In this document: positions 52,018 through 64,000 of the stretch, piece after piece
Layout of the letters: each line of letters opens with the position of its first letter
Numbering within the stretch: the stretch's first letter is position 1
Origin: Eledone cirrhosa
Lineage: Eukaryota
Direction: 5' to 3'
Length of the DNA stretch: 64,000 nucleotides
NCBI GenBank assembly: GCA_964016885.1
Contig: OZ024740.1
Location: 11,470,001-11,534,000, forward strand
Notes under the pieces: model-generated
Database searches by the model: none
The model's input: only the letters and a program-made list of their open reading frames with translations
Told to the model about the DNA's origin: nothing
Translations under genes and position numbers: made by a program

Positions 52018-54078
52018 ATCATCATCATCATCATCATCAGCGTTTAACGTCCGTGTTCCACGCTTGCATGGGTTTGGACGGGGGTAGTCCCACTTGAGGC
52101 AAGAGTGATTGTCTTGCTCGCATAGGACTGTCTGGCAGGTTTTCTACAGTTGGATGCCCTTCCTAACACCAACCACATTTACAGTGTGGGTCTGGGAGGT
52201 TTTTACCGTGTTGCCTACACGGCCACATTACAGCGTGGACTGTGTGTTTTTTTGTCGTGACACCTACACGATCTCATTTGTTTCGGCCTCGATGGCGCGG
52301 CACCAACATAACTTTACATAGAACGGGGTGGTGTGGATCGGGTGGGGGTGGTGGGACGGGGGTGTATTTGTTAGAGATGCCTACTGGCTGGAGTAGGTTT
52401 TACTATATATTTAGGTAAGGCGGGTCTTCTCTGTTACTGAGTACCGCCAAAGGTCTCGGTCCAGTGACATTGTCTTGGAGAGGTGTAAGTGTGTGATGTC
52501 GGAGTTTATCAGCTCGTCCCAGGTTTTTCTAGGTCTGCCTATTCCGTGACTACCGTCTATCTTTATTGCCCTGCACTTTGTTATACAGCTATCGACTTTC
52601 ATGCGCATCACGTGTCCATACCAACGTAGCCTTCTCTCGAGTAAACAACATCTGATCCCTCTTATCTCTAATTTATTCCTTAGTTCGTTTATGCTTTGCC
52701 GTTCACGTATATTACTGTTACACATCCAGCGGAGCATGCAAGCTTCGTTCCTCTCTAGTCTGCGTATATCCTCTGCACACAATGCCCAGGTCTCACTGCC
52801 ATGCAGCATTGCTGTTCGTATGCAGGCATCGTACAACCTGCCTTTCATTTTTAGTGAGAACCCTTTAGCAGCTAATAGTGGTATAAGCTCTCTGAACTTT
52901 TTCCAACCAGTTCTGACTCTAGCTACAGTACTTTCAGAGCACCCTCCCCCACTGCTGATTTTATCGCCCAGGTAACGGAAGCTGTCCACTATTTCTATAG
53001 AACCCTCTGCGCAATTGAAAGAGCTAGTAGTTTGTGGGCACTTGCTGCTACTTATTGCACCAGAGCACCGGCCACATGTAAAATCTATGTTCTTAGTTAG
53101 CCTACCTGTGATCCCACTACATCTTTTATGCACCCATACTTTGCATTTAGGACATAAAATGGAGTTTCTACACACCGAGCACGACCATTTCCAGAAGGAC
53201 CGCCGCCTTGTTTTCTTTCCTACAAACTAGTACTTTGGTCTTAGCCAGGTTAATTTTAAGTCCTTTTGACTCTAGGCCGTGCTTCCATGTTTGGAATTTC
53301 TTCTCTAGCTCGGCCATTGATTCCGCTATGAGTGTCAGGTCGTCTGCGTATAGGAGTTCCCATGGGCAGCCTGTCTTGAACTCCTCTGTTATGGCCTGAA
53401 GGGCAATAATAAATAGTAGTGGACTGAGAACAGAGCCCTGATGGACGCCGACTTTTACGCTAAACTCTTCACTATATTCGTTGTTAATTCTAACCTTGCT
53501 GACTGTTTCTTTATACATGGCTTGTATAGCCCTCACAAGCCATTCGTCAACGCCTAGTTTTCTAAGAGCCCACCAGATAATGGAGCGGGGGACTCTGTCG
53601 AAGGCTTTCTCCAAGTCGACAAAAGCTAAGTAGAGGGGTTTACCTTTAGCTAGGTACTTCTCTTGTAGTTGTCGTACTATGAAAAGAGCGTCTGTGGTAC
53701 TTTTGCCTGACACAAACCCGAACTGCATTTCATCTAGGTCAATTCTCTCTCTGATTAGTTGCGCTATTACTCTTTCCGTGACCTTCATGACCTGGTCGAT
53801 TAATTTAATGCCTCTATAGTTACTCCTATCTAGGGCGTCTCCTTTACCCTTATAACAGTTAACGATGATGCTGCTATGCCAGTCCTTCGGAACAACCCCG
53901 TTTTGTACGACTTGGTTAACTATGCGGGTGACCATGGTGTGTCCCACCGTGCCAGATGCCTTCAGCATCTCAGCAACTATTTCCGAAGGCCCAGCCGCCT
54001 TACCAGTCTTCATATCCTTGATTGCCTTACTTATTATACTCCCCTCGACTAACACTGCTGGTCCCTCTATTGGGTCGA
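52018..54078 (-). mobile_element. RTE-B subfamily copy, 5'-truncated, frameshifted in the PHD-like region
   Basis: ORFs 53168-54055 and 52411-53175; single-copy 3' UTR; (TGA)n tail. Confidence 0.93.
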
Positions 54079-54094
54079 TATATGTATATATATG

Positions 54095-54129
<35 letters not shown>

Positions 54130-54134
54130 GTATA

Positions 54135-54177
<43 letters not shown>

Positions 54178-54384
54178 GTATATATATATATGTATATATA
54201 TATATGTATATATATATATATGTATATATATGTATATATATATATATATGTATATATATATGTATATATGTATATATATATGTATATATATATGTATATA
54301 TATATGTATGTATATATATATGTATATATATATGTATATATATATATATATGTATATATATATGTATATATGTATATATATATG

Positions 54385-54442
<58 letters not shown>

Positions 54443-55003
54443 TGTATATGTATATATATATATGTATATGTATATATGTATATGTATATATGTATATGTA
54501 TATGTATATATATATATGTATATATGTATATGTATATATGTATATGTATATATATGTATATATATGTATATATATATATGTATATGTATATATGTATATA
54601 TATGTATATGTATATGTATATATGTATATATATGTATATGTATATATGTATATGTATATGTATATATATGTATATAAATATATATGTATATGTATATGTA
54701 TGTATATGTATATATGTATGTATATGTATATATATATGTATGTATATGTATATGTATATGTATATATATATGTATATGTATATGTATATGTATATATATG
54801 TATATGTATGTATATGTATATATATGTATGTATATGTATATATATGTATGTATATGTATATATATATATATATATGTATGTATATGTATATATATGTATG
54901 TATATGTATATATATATATATATATGTATGTATATGTATATATATATATATATATGTATTTGTATATGTATATATATATATATATATGTATTTATATATG
55001 CAT
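54079..55003. repeat. Degenerate (TATG)n/(TA)n array
   Basis: Direct inspection. Confidence 0.96.
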
Positions 55004-55005
55004 TT

Positions 55006-55720
55006 ATGGCTGGTGCTCTGGTGCAATAAGTAGCAGCAAGTGCCCACAAAATACTAGCTCCTTCAACTGCGCAGAGGGTTCTATAGAAATAGTGGACAGC
55101 TTCCGTTACCTGGGTGACAAAATCAGCAGTGGGGGAGGGTGCTCTGAAAGTACAGTAGCTAGAGTCAGAACTGGATGGAAAAAGTTCAGAGAGCTTATAC
55201 CACTATTAGCCGCTAGAGGGTTCTCCCTAAAAACGAAAGGCAGGTTATATGATGCCTGCATACGAACAGTAATGCTGCATGGCAGTGAGACCTGGACATT
55301 GTGTGCAGAGGATATACGCAGACTAGAGAGGAACGAAGCTTGCATGCTCCGCTGGATGTGCAATAGTAATATACGTGAACGGCAAAGCATAAACGAACTA
55401 AGGAAAAAATTAGAAATAAGAGGGATCAGATGTTGTTTACTCGAGAGAAGGCTACGTTGGTACGGTCACGTGATGCGCATGAAAGACGACAGCTGTATAA
55501 CAAAGTGCAGGGCAATAAAGATAGACGGTAGCCACGGAGTAGGCAGACCCAGAAAAACATGGGACGAGCTGATAAATTCCGACCTCACACGCTTACACCT
55601 CTCCAAGACAATGTCACTGGACCGAGACCTTTGGCGGTACTCAGTAATAGAGAAGACCCGCCTTACCTAAATACAAAGTAAAAACCTACTACAGTCAGTA
55701 GGCATCTCTATCAAAACACA
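55006..55720 (+). mobile_element. RTE-B fragment (ORF C-terminus; 3' UTR cut off by a TA array)
   Basis: Near-identical to 34967-35680. Confidence 0.93.
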
Positions 55721-55972
55721 TATATATGTATATATATGTATTTATATATATATGTATATATATGTATATATATGTATTTATATATGCATTTATATATATG
55801 TAGTTATATATGTATTTATTTATATATATATATATATATATGCAAAAGTTTTATTTAAAATTGTTGGGTTACAACAAGTAAATATTTTATAACTGATATA
55901 AAGCACTCGACAAGTTTTTGGAGTAGATATACGATATTAAACAAATGGAAACTATATTTATAAAATCATATT

Positions 55973-56038
55973 TATTTCATTATACATATTTCAGGGATAC
56001 CATATTACAAATATGGCATGCCTTCGTCAGATAAAATA
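55973..56038 (-). ncRNA. Type I hammerhead ribozyme (minimal stem III)
   Basis: Minus strand reads TATTTTAT-CTGACGA-AGG c ATGCCATATT tgt AATATGGTAT c CCT-GAAA-TATGTA-TA-ATGAAATA. Confidence 0.85.
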
Positions 56039-56218
56039 CAATATATAACCAGTTTTATAAATAATTTTGACGTACCATAAATATAGCGACCATTAAGGTA
56101 GGAAGCTGGCTTGGTACCATATATATGTATATATGTATATATATATATATATACATATATACATATATACACGGCCACATTACAGCGTATATACATATAT
56201 ATATATATATATATACAC

Positions 56219-56249
<31 letters not shown>

Positions 56250-56308
56250 CATATATATACATATATATATATATACATATAATCTATATATGTATATATT
56301 TATATGTA

Positions 56309-56382
<74 letters not shown>

Positions 56383-56384
<2 letters not shown>

Positions 56385-56596
56385 CGCTGTAATGTGGCCG
56401 TGTAGGTAACACGGTAAAAACCTCCCAGTTCCACACTGTAAATGTGGTTGGTGTTAGGAAGGGTATCCAGCCGTAGAAAACCCGCCAGACAGTCCTATGC
56501 GAGCAAGACAACCACTCTTGCCTCAAGTGGGAAAACGCCCGTCCAAACCCATGCGAGCGTGGAATATGGACGTTAAATGATGATGATGATGATGAT
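56383..56596 (+). mobile_element. RTE-B 3' UTR fragment with tail; its 5' 24 nt are duplicated in inverted orientation at 56168-56191
   Basis: Matches the RTE-B terminus. Confidence 0.87.
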
Positions 56597-56649
56597 TATA
56601 TATATATATATATGTTGAAAATTGCAAACTTGACTGTCACCACACATTA

Positions 56650-56688
56650 TGAACCTGAAGATTGCGAATGCATGAAAGTACTTGTTCA
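56650..56688 (+). ncRNA. Very compact type I hammerhead ribozyme (39 nt)
   Basis: TGAAC-CTGAAGA-T-TGC gaat GCA-T-GAAA-GTAC-TT-GTTCA. Confidence 0.82.
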
Positions 56689-56846
56689 ATTAACACTTAA
56701 CATTTAATATTCTATCATACTATTTCATTATAATACCATTATAAATTTTAAAGGATTGTAAATAAAACGATTAAATCAGACAAAGTTGAAATTCCTTTTA
56801 TTAATATAATCTTCTATACACAATCATACACACCCGTGGATATTTA

Positions 56847-56955
<109 letters not shown>

Positions 56956-56983
56956 GTATATATATATGTATATGTATATATAT

Positions 56984-57709
56984 CGAAGCTTGCATGTTCC
57001 GCTGGATGTGTAATAGTAATATACGTGAACGACAAAGCATAAACGAACTAAGGAAAAAATTAGAAATAAGAGGGATCAGATGTTGTTTACTAGAGAGAAG
57101 GCTACGTTGGTATGGTCACGTGATGCGCATGAAGGACGATAGCTGTATAACAAAGTGCAGGGCAATAAAGATAGACGGTAGCCACGGAATAGGCAGACCC
57201 AGAAAAACCTGGGACGAGCTGATAAACTCCGACCTCACACACTTACACCTCACCAAGACAATGTCACTGGACCGAGACCTTTGGCGGTACTCAGTAATAG
57301 AGAAGACCCGCCTTACCTAAATACAAAGTAAAACCTACTACAGTCAGTAGGCATCTCTAACAAAATACACCCCCGTCCCACCACCCCGGTTCCATCCACA
57401 CCGCCCCCTTCTATGTAAAGTTATGTTGGTGCCACACCATCCAGGCCGAAACAAATGAGATCGTGTAGGTGTCACGACAAAAAAACACACAGTCCACGCT
57501 GTAATGTGGCCGTGTAGACAACACGGTAAAAACCTCCCAGACCCACACTGTAAATGTGGTTGGTGTTAGGAAGGGCATCCAACTGTAGAAAACCTGCCAG
57601 ACAGTCCTATGCGAGCAAGACAATCACACTTGCCTCAAGTGGGAAAACCCCCGTCCAAACCCATGCAAGCGTGGAACACGGACGTTAAACGTTGATGATG
57701 ATGATGATA
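56984..57709 (+). mobile_element. RTE-B 3' fragment (ORF end, 3' UTR, tail)
   Basis: [12 protein letters not shown]...EKTRLT*, then a single-copy UTR and (TGA)n. Confidence 0.93.
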
Positions 57710-57725
57710 TATGTATATATATATG

Positions 57726-57758
<33 letters not shown>

Positions 57759-57881
57759 GTATGTATATATATATGTATATATATATGTATATATATATAT
57801 ATATGTGTATATATATATATGTATGTATATATATATGTATATATATATGTATATATATATATATATGTGTATATATATATA

Positions 57882-57976
<95 letters not shown>

Positions 57977-57980
<4 letters not shown>

Positions 57981-58741
57981 CGATAAATTAACGGAGGCAT
58001 AGGCCGTCGTTATTCCCTGTAAATAATGTGCTCAAAGGGGAAGAGATCCTGAGCCCTTTAGAATATAATATGTTGAGAAGGTAACACACCAGAGAGAGAT
58101 ATATAGTACGTTATCAATAATACAGGGAAAAAACCACCTTTCCCTGTATTATTGATAACGCACTATATATCTCTCTCTGGTGTGTTACCTTCTCAACATA
58201 TTATATTCTAAAGGGCTCAGGATCTCTTCCCCTTTGAGCACATTATTTACAGGGAATAACGACGGCCTATGCCTCCGTTAATTTATCGTGATATTTCGCT
58301 CCTAACAACAGCCTTTCCTATCTCTGTTTGGTTGAGCACTCTTCTCTGAGTGGCTTTGTGCTGCCCTTTCTAGCAGTTCGTCTCTCAGAGGCCACTGGTT
58401 CACTGCCCTTAAACACGCTGTGACTTCTCTCTCCCACGTGTAGCTGGACAGTCAATTGTAAAATTCTCTTAGTGTTGTCTGAAATGTATAGCCTTACACA
58501 CGCTGATGAACCGAGACTAACATTTCTTTCAACAAATTTTCTGGCGAAACATATCTCTGGATGTGTATGTGTGTTATATAGTTATAGAGGTATTTATTTA
58601 CGCTTTAATTTATATTTTTAATTATCGTGTCTATAGTCTGCCTTTCATAGGTTATAGATTCCATACACTGGTGGTTTTTTCCCTGTATTATTGATAACGC
58701 ACTATATATCTCTCTCTGGTGTGTTACCTTCTCAACATATT
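57977..58741 (+). mobile_element. Penelope-like terminal repeat or retrozyme: ~539-bp unit, short direct-repeat tail and 5' inverted duplication
   Basis: 154-bp-arm palindrome 57977-58130/58139-58292; 58142-58202 repeated at 58681-58741; internal hammerhead. Confidence 0.75.
58487..58586 (+). ncRNA. Type I hammerhead ribozyme with extended stem I
   Basis: ACACACG/TGTGTGT plus TATAGC/GTTATA; CTGATGA 58503-58509; GAAA 58546-58549; stem III CATATC-TCTG-GATGTG; GUA site at 58567. Stem II is imperfect (A-C closing pair). Confidence 0.78.
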
Positions 58742-58904
58742 ATATATATATATATATATATATGCATATATATGTATATACATATATGTATCTATATGTA
58801 TATATATATATATATGCATATATATATATGCATATATATGTATATACATATATGTATATATATATGTATATACATATATGTATATATATATATATGTATA
58901 TACA

Positions 58905-58977
<73 letters not shown>

Positions 58978-58978
<1 letters not shown>

Positions 58979-59322
58979 TCATTTTCATCATCATTTCATT
59001 TTACGTCCGCTTTTTCCCTGCTTGCAAGGGTGGGACGGGAACTGATTCTGGCTTGATTTCTACAGCTGGATGCCCTTCCTAACACCAACCTCATTTACAG
59101 TGAGTGCTGGGTGCTTTTTTGCCGTGGCACCTCCACGACCACTTTGCAGTGGAATGATATGGACCCCAGTCCCTATCATCTCATTTTTACAGCTGAGTAA
59201 ACTGGAGCAATGTGAAATAAAGTGTCTTGCTCAAGGAAACAACACATCACCCGGTCTGAGAATTGAACTCACAACCTTTCGATTGCAAGGCCAATGCTCT
59301 AACCACTAAGCCATGTGCCTCC
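58978..59322 (-). mobile_element. tRNA-CORE SINE copy 4
   Basis: Reverse complement of 21190-21538 at high identity. Confidence 0.9.
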
Positions 59323-59392
<70 letters not shown>

Positions 59393-59429
59393 GTATATAT
59401 ATATGTATATATATATGTATATGTATATA

Positions 59430-59514
<85 letters not shown>

Positions 59515-59516
59515 GC

Positions 59517-59578
<62 letters not shown>

Positions 59579-59818
59579 GCATATATATATATATATATAT
59601 GTATATGTATATATATGTGTATATATATATACGTATATGACGACATGGTGTGTTCTCTTACAGTGTACCTACGCTTTATGATAATATTTTTATATTATAC
59701 AAATAGCGAGGTATAGGTAACCCACACACTATAGAAACAATTGTTACCTAATTAATTCTTTATACCCGCATTTCCGTTTCATAAACTTCTTCTTCATATA
59801 TGTATATGTATATATATG

Positions 59819-59849
<31 letters not shown>

Positions 59850-59872
59850 GTATATATATGTGTATATGTATA

Positions 59873-59913
<41 letters not shown>

Positions 59914-59924
59914 GTATATGTATG

Positions 59925-62900
59925 CAAACAATTGCTGCTTCAACTACCCCTACTACGGTGTAACCATGTAATCGTAACGTTCACGTTTTTCCTATCTCCT
60001 CCACACACCACAATTTCGTACAAACATCCAATCCCGCAAAATCCGAAATCTGTATTTTTTGTTATTTATTAAGGTTTAAATACGGTGTTTTTGTCGTATT
60101 GAACAGAACAAATCTTGCAGTTTTGCTTTTTGTTACTCGCTGGTAAACATTCATAACCTTCCAGCTAGCTAATTCTATCGTATTCTCCAATTCCTTAAAT
60201 TCCTTAATTCCATCGTATTCCCAAACAAAAAAAACAAAATCCTTCCCATTCTTAATTCTATCGTATCCTCCAATTCCCTAATTCTATCGTATTCTCAAAC
60301 AAAAAAACAAAAAAACAACAAAATCCTTTCCATTCTACTTCTTATAATTTACTTTAAATATATATATCATGCTACCTCGAAAGTCAAAAATCCCGCTCAT
60401 ACACCCCTCACCCACCATTTTCTTCACGAGGGGTTGCGGTCAGCCACTCTCTCTCTCTCTCTCTCCCCCTTCCCACTCTCTCTCTCTCTCTCTTAGCTAC
60501 ACACACACACACACACATATATATATAAGATAAATTCCCGTTCATGTTTATTCACTTTCGCCAAACAATTGCTGCTTCAACTACCCCTACTACGGTGTAA
60601 CCATGTAATCGTAACGTTCACGTTTTTCCTATCTCCTCCACACACCACAATTTCGTACAAACATCCAATCCCGCAAAATCCGAAATCTGTATTTTTTGTT
60701 ATTTATTAAGGTTTAAATACGGTGTTTTTGTCGTATTGAACAGAACAAATCTTGCAGTTTTGCTTTTTGTTACTCGCTGGTAAACATTCATAACCTTCCA
60801 GCTAGCTAATTCTATCGTATTCTCCAATTCCTTAAATTCCTTAATTCCATCGTATTCCCAAACAAAAAAAACAAAATCCTTCCCATTCTTAATTCTATCG
60901 TATCCTCCAATTCCCTAATTCTATCGTATTCTCAAACAAAAAAACAAAAAACAACAAAATCCTTTCCATTCTACTTCTTATAATTTACTTTAAATATATA
61001 TATCATGCTACCTCGAAAGTCAAAAATCCCGCTCATACACCCCTCACCCACCATTTTCTTCACGAGGGGTTGCGGTCAGCCACTCTCTCTCTCTCTCTCT
61101 CCCCCTTCCCACTCTCTCTCTCTCTCTCTTAGCTACACACACACACACACATATATATATAAGATAAATTCCCGTTCATGTTTATTCACTTTCGCCAAAC
61201 AATTGCTGCTTCAACTACCCCTACTACGGTGTAACCATGTAATCGTAACGTTCACGTTTTTCCTATCTCCTCCACACACCACAATTTCGTACAAACATCC
61301 AATCCCGCAAAATCAGAAATCTGTATTTTTTGTTATTTATTAAGGTTTAAATACGGTGTTTTTGTCGTATTGAACAGAACAAATCTTGCAGTTTTGCTTT
61401 TTGTTACTCGCTGGTAAACATTCATAACCTTCCAGCTAGCTAATTCTATCGTATTCTCCAATTCCTTAAATTCCTTAATTCCATCGTATTCCCAAACAAA
61501 AAAAAACAAAATCCTTCCCATTCTTAATTCTATCGTATCCTCCAATTCCCTAATTCTATCGTATTCTCAAACAAAAAAACAAAAAACAACAAAATCCTTT
61601 CCATTCTACTTCTTATAATTTACTTTAAATATATATATCATGCTACCTCGAAAGTCAAAAATCCCGCTCATACACCCCTCACCCACCATTTTCTTCACGA
61701 GGGGTTGCGGTCAGCCACTCTCTCTCTCTCTCTCTCCCCCTTCCCACTCTCTCTCTCTCTCTCTTAGCTACACACACACACACACATATATATATAAGAT
61801 AAATTCCCGTTCATGTTTATTCACTTTCGCCAAACAATTGCTGCTTCAACTACCCCTACTACGGTGTAACCATGTAATCGTAACGTTCACGTTTTTCCTA
61901 TCTCCTCCACACACCACAATTTCGTACAAACATCCAATCCCGCAAAATCCGAAATCTGTATTTTTTGTTATTTATTAAGGTTTAAATACGGTGTTTTTGT
62001 CGTATTGAACAGAACAAATCTTGCAGTTTTGCTTTTTGTTACTCGCTGGTAAACATTCATAACCTTCCAGCTAGCTAATTCTATCGTATTCTCCAATTCC
62101 TTAAATTCCTTAATTCCATCGTATTCCCAAACAAAAAAAAACAAAATCCTTCCCATTCTTAATTCTATCGTATCCTCCAATTCCCTAATTCTATCGTATT
62201 CTCAAACAAAAAAACAAAAAACAACAAAATCCTTTCCATTCTACTTCTTATAATTTACTTTAAATATATATATCATGCTACCTCGAAAGTCAAAAATCCC
62301 GCTCATACACCCCTCACCCACCATTTTCTTCACGAGGGGTTGCGGTCAGCCACTCTCTCTCTCTCTCTCTCCCCCTTCCCACTCTCTCTCTCTCTCTCTT
62401 AGCTACACACACACACACACATATATATATAAGATAAATTCCCGTTCATGTTTATTCACTTTCGCCAAACAATTGCTGCTTCAACTACCCCTACTACGGT
62501 GTAACCATGTAATCGTAACGTTCACGTTTTTCCTATCTCCTCCACACACCACAATTTCGTACAAACATCCAATCCCGCAAAATCCGAAATCTGTATTTTT
62601 TGTTATTTATTAAGGTTTAAATACGGTGTTTTTGTCGTATTGAACAGAACAAATCTTGCAGTTTTGCTTTTTGTTACTCGCTGGTAAACATTCATAACCT
62701 TCCAGCTAGCTAATTCTATCGTATTCTCCAATTCCTTAAATTCCTTAATTCCATCGTATTCCCAAACAAAAAAAAACAAAATCCTTCCCATTCTTAATTC
62801 TATCGTATCCTCCAATTCCCTAATTCTATCGTATTCTCAAACAAAAAAACAAAAAACAACAAAATCCTTTCCATTCTACTTCTTATAATTTACTTTAAAT

Positions 62901-63982
62901 ATATATATCATGCTACCTCGAAAGTCAAAAATCCCGCTCATACACCCCTCACCCACCATTTTCTTCACGAGGGGTTGCGGTCAGCCACTCTCTCTCTCTC
63001 TCTCTCCCCCTTCCCACTCTCTCTCTCTCTCTCTTAGCTACACACACACACACACATATATATATAAGATAAATTCCCGTTCATGTTTATTCACTTTCGC
63101 CAAACAATTGCTGCTTCAACTACCCCTACTACGGTGTAACCATGTAATCGTAACGTTCACGTTTTTCCTATCTCCTCCACACACCACAATTTCGTACAAA
63201 CATCCAATCCCGCAAAATCCGAAATCTGTATTTTTTGTTATTTATTAAGGTTTAAATACGGTGTTTTTGTCGTATTGAACAGAACAAATCTTGCAGTTTT
63301 GCTTTTTGTTACTCGCTGGTAAACATTCATAACCTTCCAGCTAGCTAATTCTATCGTATTCTCCAATTCCTTAAATTCCTTAATTCCATCGTATTCCCAA
63401 ACAAAAAAAAACAAAATCCTTCCCATTCTTAATTCTATCGTATCCTCCAATTCCCTAATTCTATCGTATTCTCAAACAAAAAAACAAAAAACAACAAAAT
63501 CCTTTCCATTCTACTTCTTATAATTTACTTTAAATATATATATCATGCTACCTCGAAAGTCAAAAATCCCGCTCATACACCCCTCACCCACCATTTTCTT
63601 CACGAGGGGTTGCGGTCAGCCACTCTCTCTCTCTCTCTCTCCCCCTTCCCACTCTCTCTCTCTCTCTCTTAGCTACACACACACACACACATATATATAT
63701 AAGATAAATTCCCGTTCATGTTTATTCACTTTCGCCAAACAATTGCTGCTTCAACTACCCCTACTACGGTGTAACCATGTAATCGTAACGTTCACGTTTT
63801 TCCTATCTCCTCCACACACCACAATTTCGTACAAACATCCAATCCCGCAAAATCCGAAATCTGTATTTTTTGTTATTTATTAAGGTTTAAATACGGTGTT
63901 TTTGTCGTATTGAACAGAACAAATCTTGCAGTTTTGCTTTTTGTTACTCGCTGGTAAACATTCATAACCTTCCAGCTAGCTA
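59925..63982. repeat. 635-bp tandem repeat, about 6.4 near-identical copies
   Basis: Near-identical ORF-track entries at 61005, 61640, 62275, 62910 and 63545; periodicity ends at 63982. Confidence 0.97.
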
Positions 63983-64000
63983 CCCCACATCCCTCCCACC

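Noticed and set aside
52018-55720. Head-to-head RTE-B pair as a single twin-primed inversion
   Set aside because: Both pieces cover the same ORF end and differ at many positions, so they are more likely independent insertions into one array.
59715-59752. TAGGT ... GAAA-CAATTG-TT-ACCTA, resembling the 3' half of a minimal hammerhead
   Set aside because: The CUGANGA core is absent.
61005-63883. Repeated 112-aa and 70-aa ORFs in the 635-bp repeat
   Set aside because: They cross (CT)n/(CA)n microsatellites, the first unit breaks the frames, and there is no recognisable domain.

Overview
Gene-free, repeat-saturated animal DNA. The element mix (RTE LINEs with (TGA)n tails, a tRNA/CORE-type SINE, huge TA-rich microsatellites) suggests a cephalopod such as an octopus; this is an inference. 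About one third of the window (roughly 21 kb by my hand count) is degenerate (TA)n/(TATG)n array, and the many long Y/I/M-rich ORFs are artefacts of these arrays. Embedded in the arrays are three RTE-clade LINE families (A, B, C), four copies plus one inverted fragment of a CR1-like two-ORF LINE, and four tRNA-CORE SINEs. Main observations: (1) seven unrelated non-coding islands between the arrays each carry a type I hammerhead ribozyme fold (8 motifs, folded by eye), pointing to Penelope-like or retrozyme elements living in TA arrays; (2) the CR1-like LINE has no AUG before its endonuclease but has in-frame U_UUU_UUA and A_AAA_AAC slippery sites in a -1 ORF1/ORF2 overlap, suggesting retrovirus-style frameshifting, and its ORF1 looks like Myb/SANT + polyQ + 2xCCCH; (3) RTE elements carry tandem 5' monomers, one set apparently expanded into a 635-bp satellite; (4) fold-back inverted duplications are centred on TA arrays, and the arrays show a window-wide strand bias. 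No host gene was found. All coordinates and RNA folds were read by eye.
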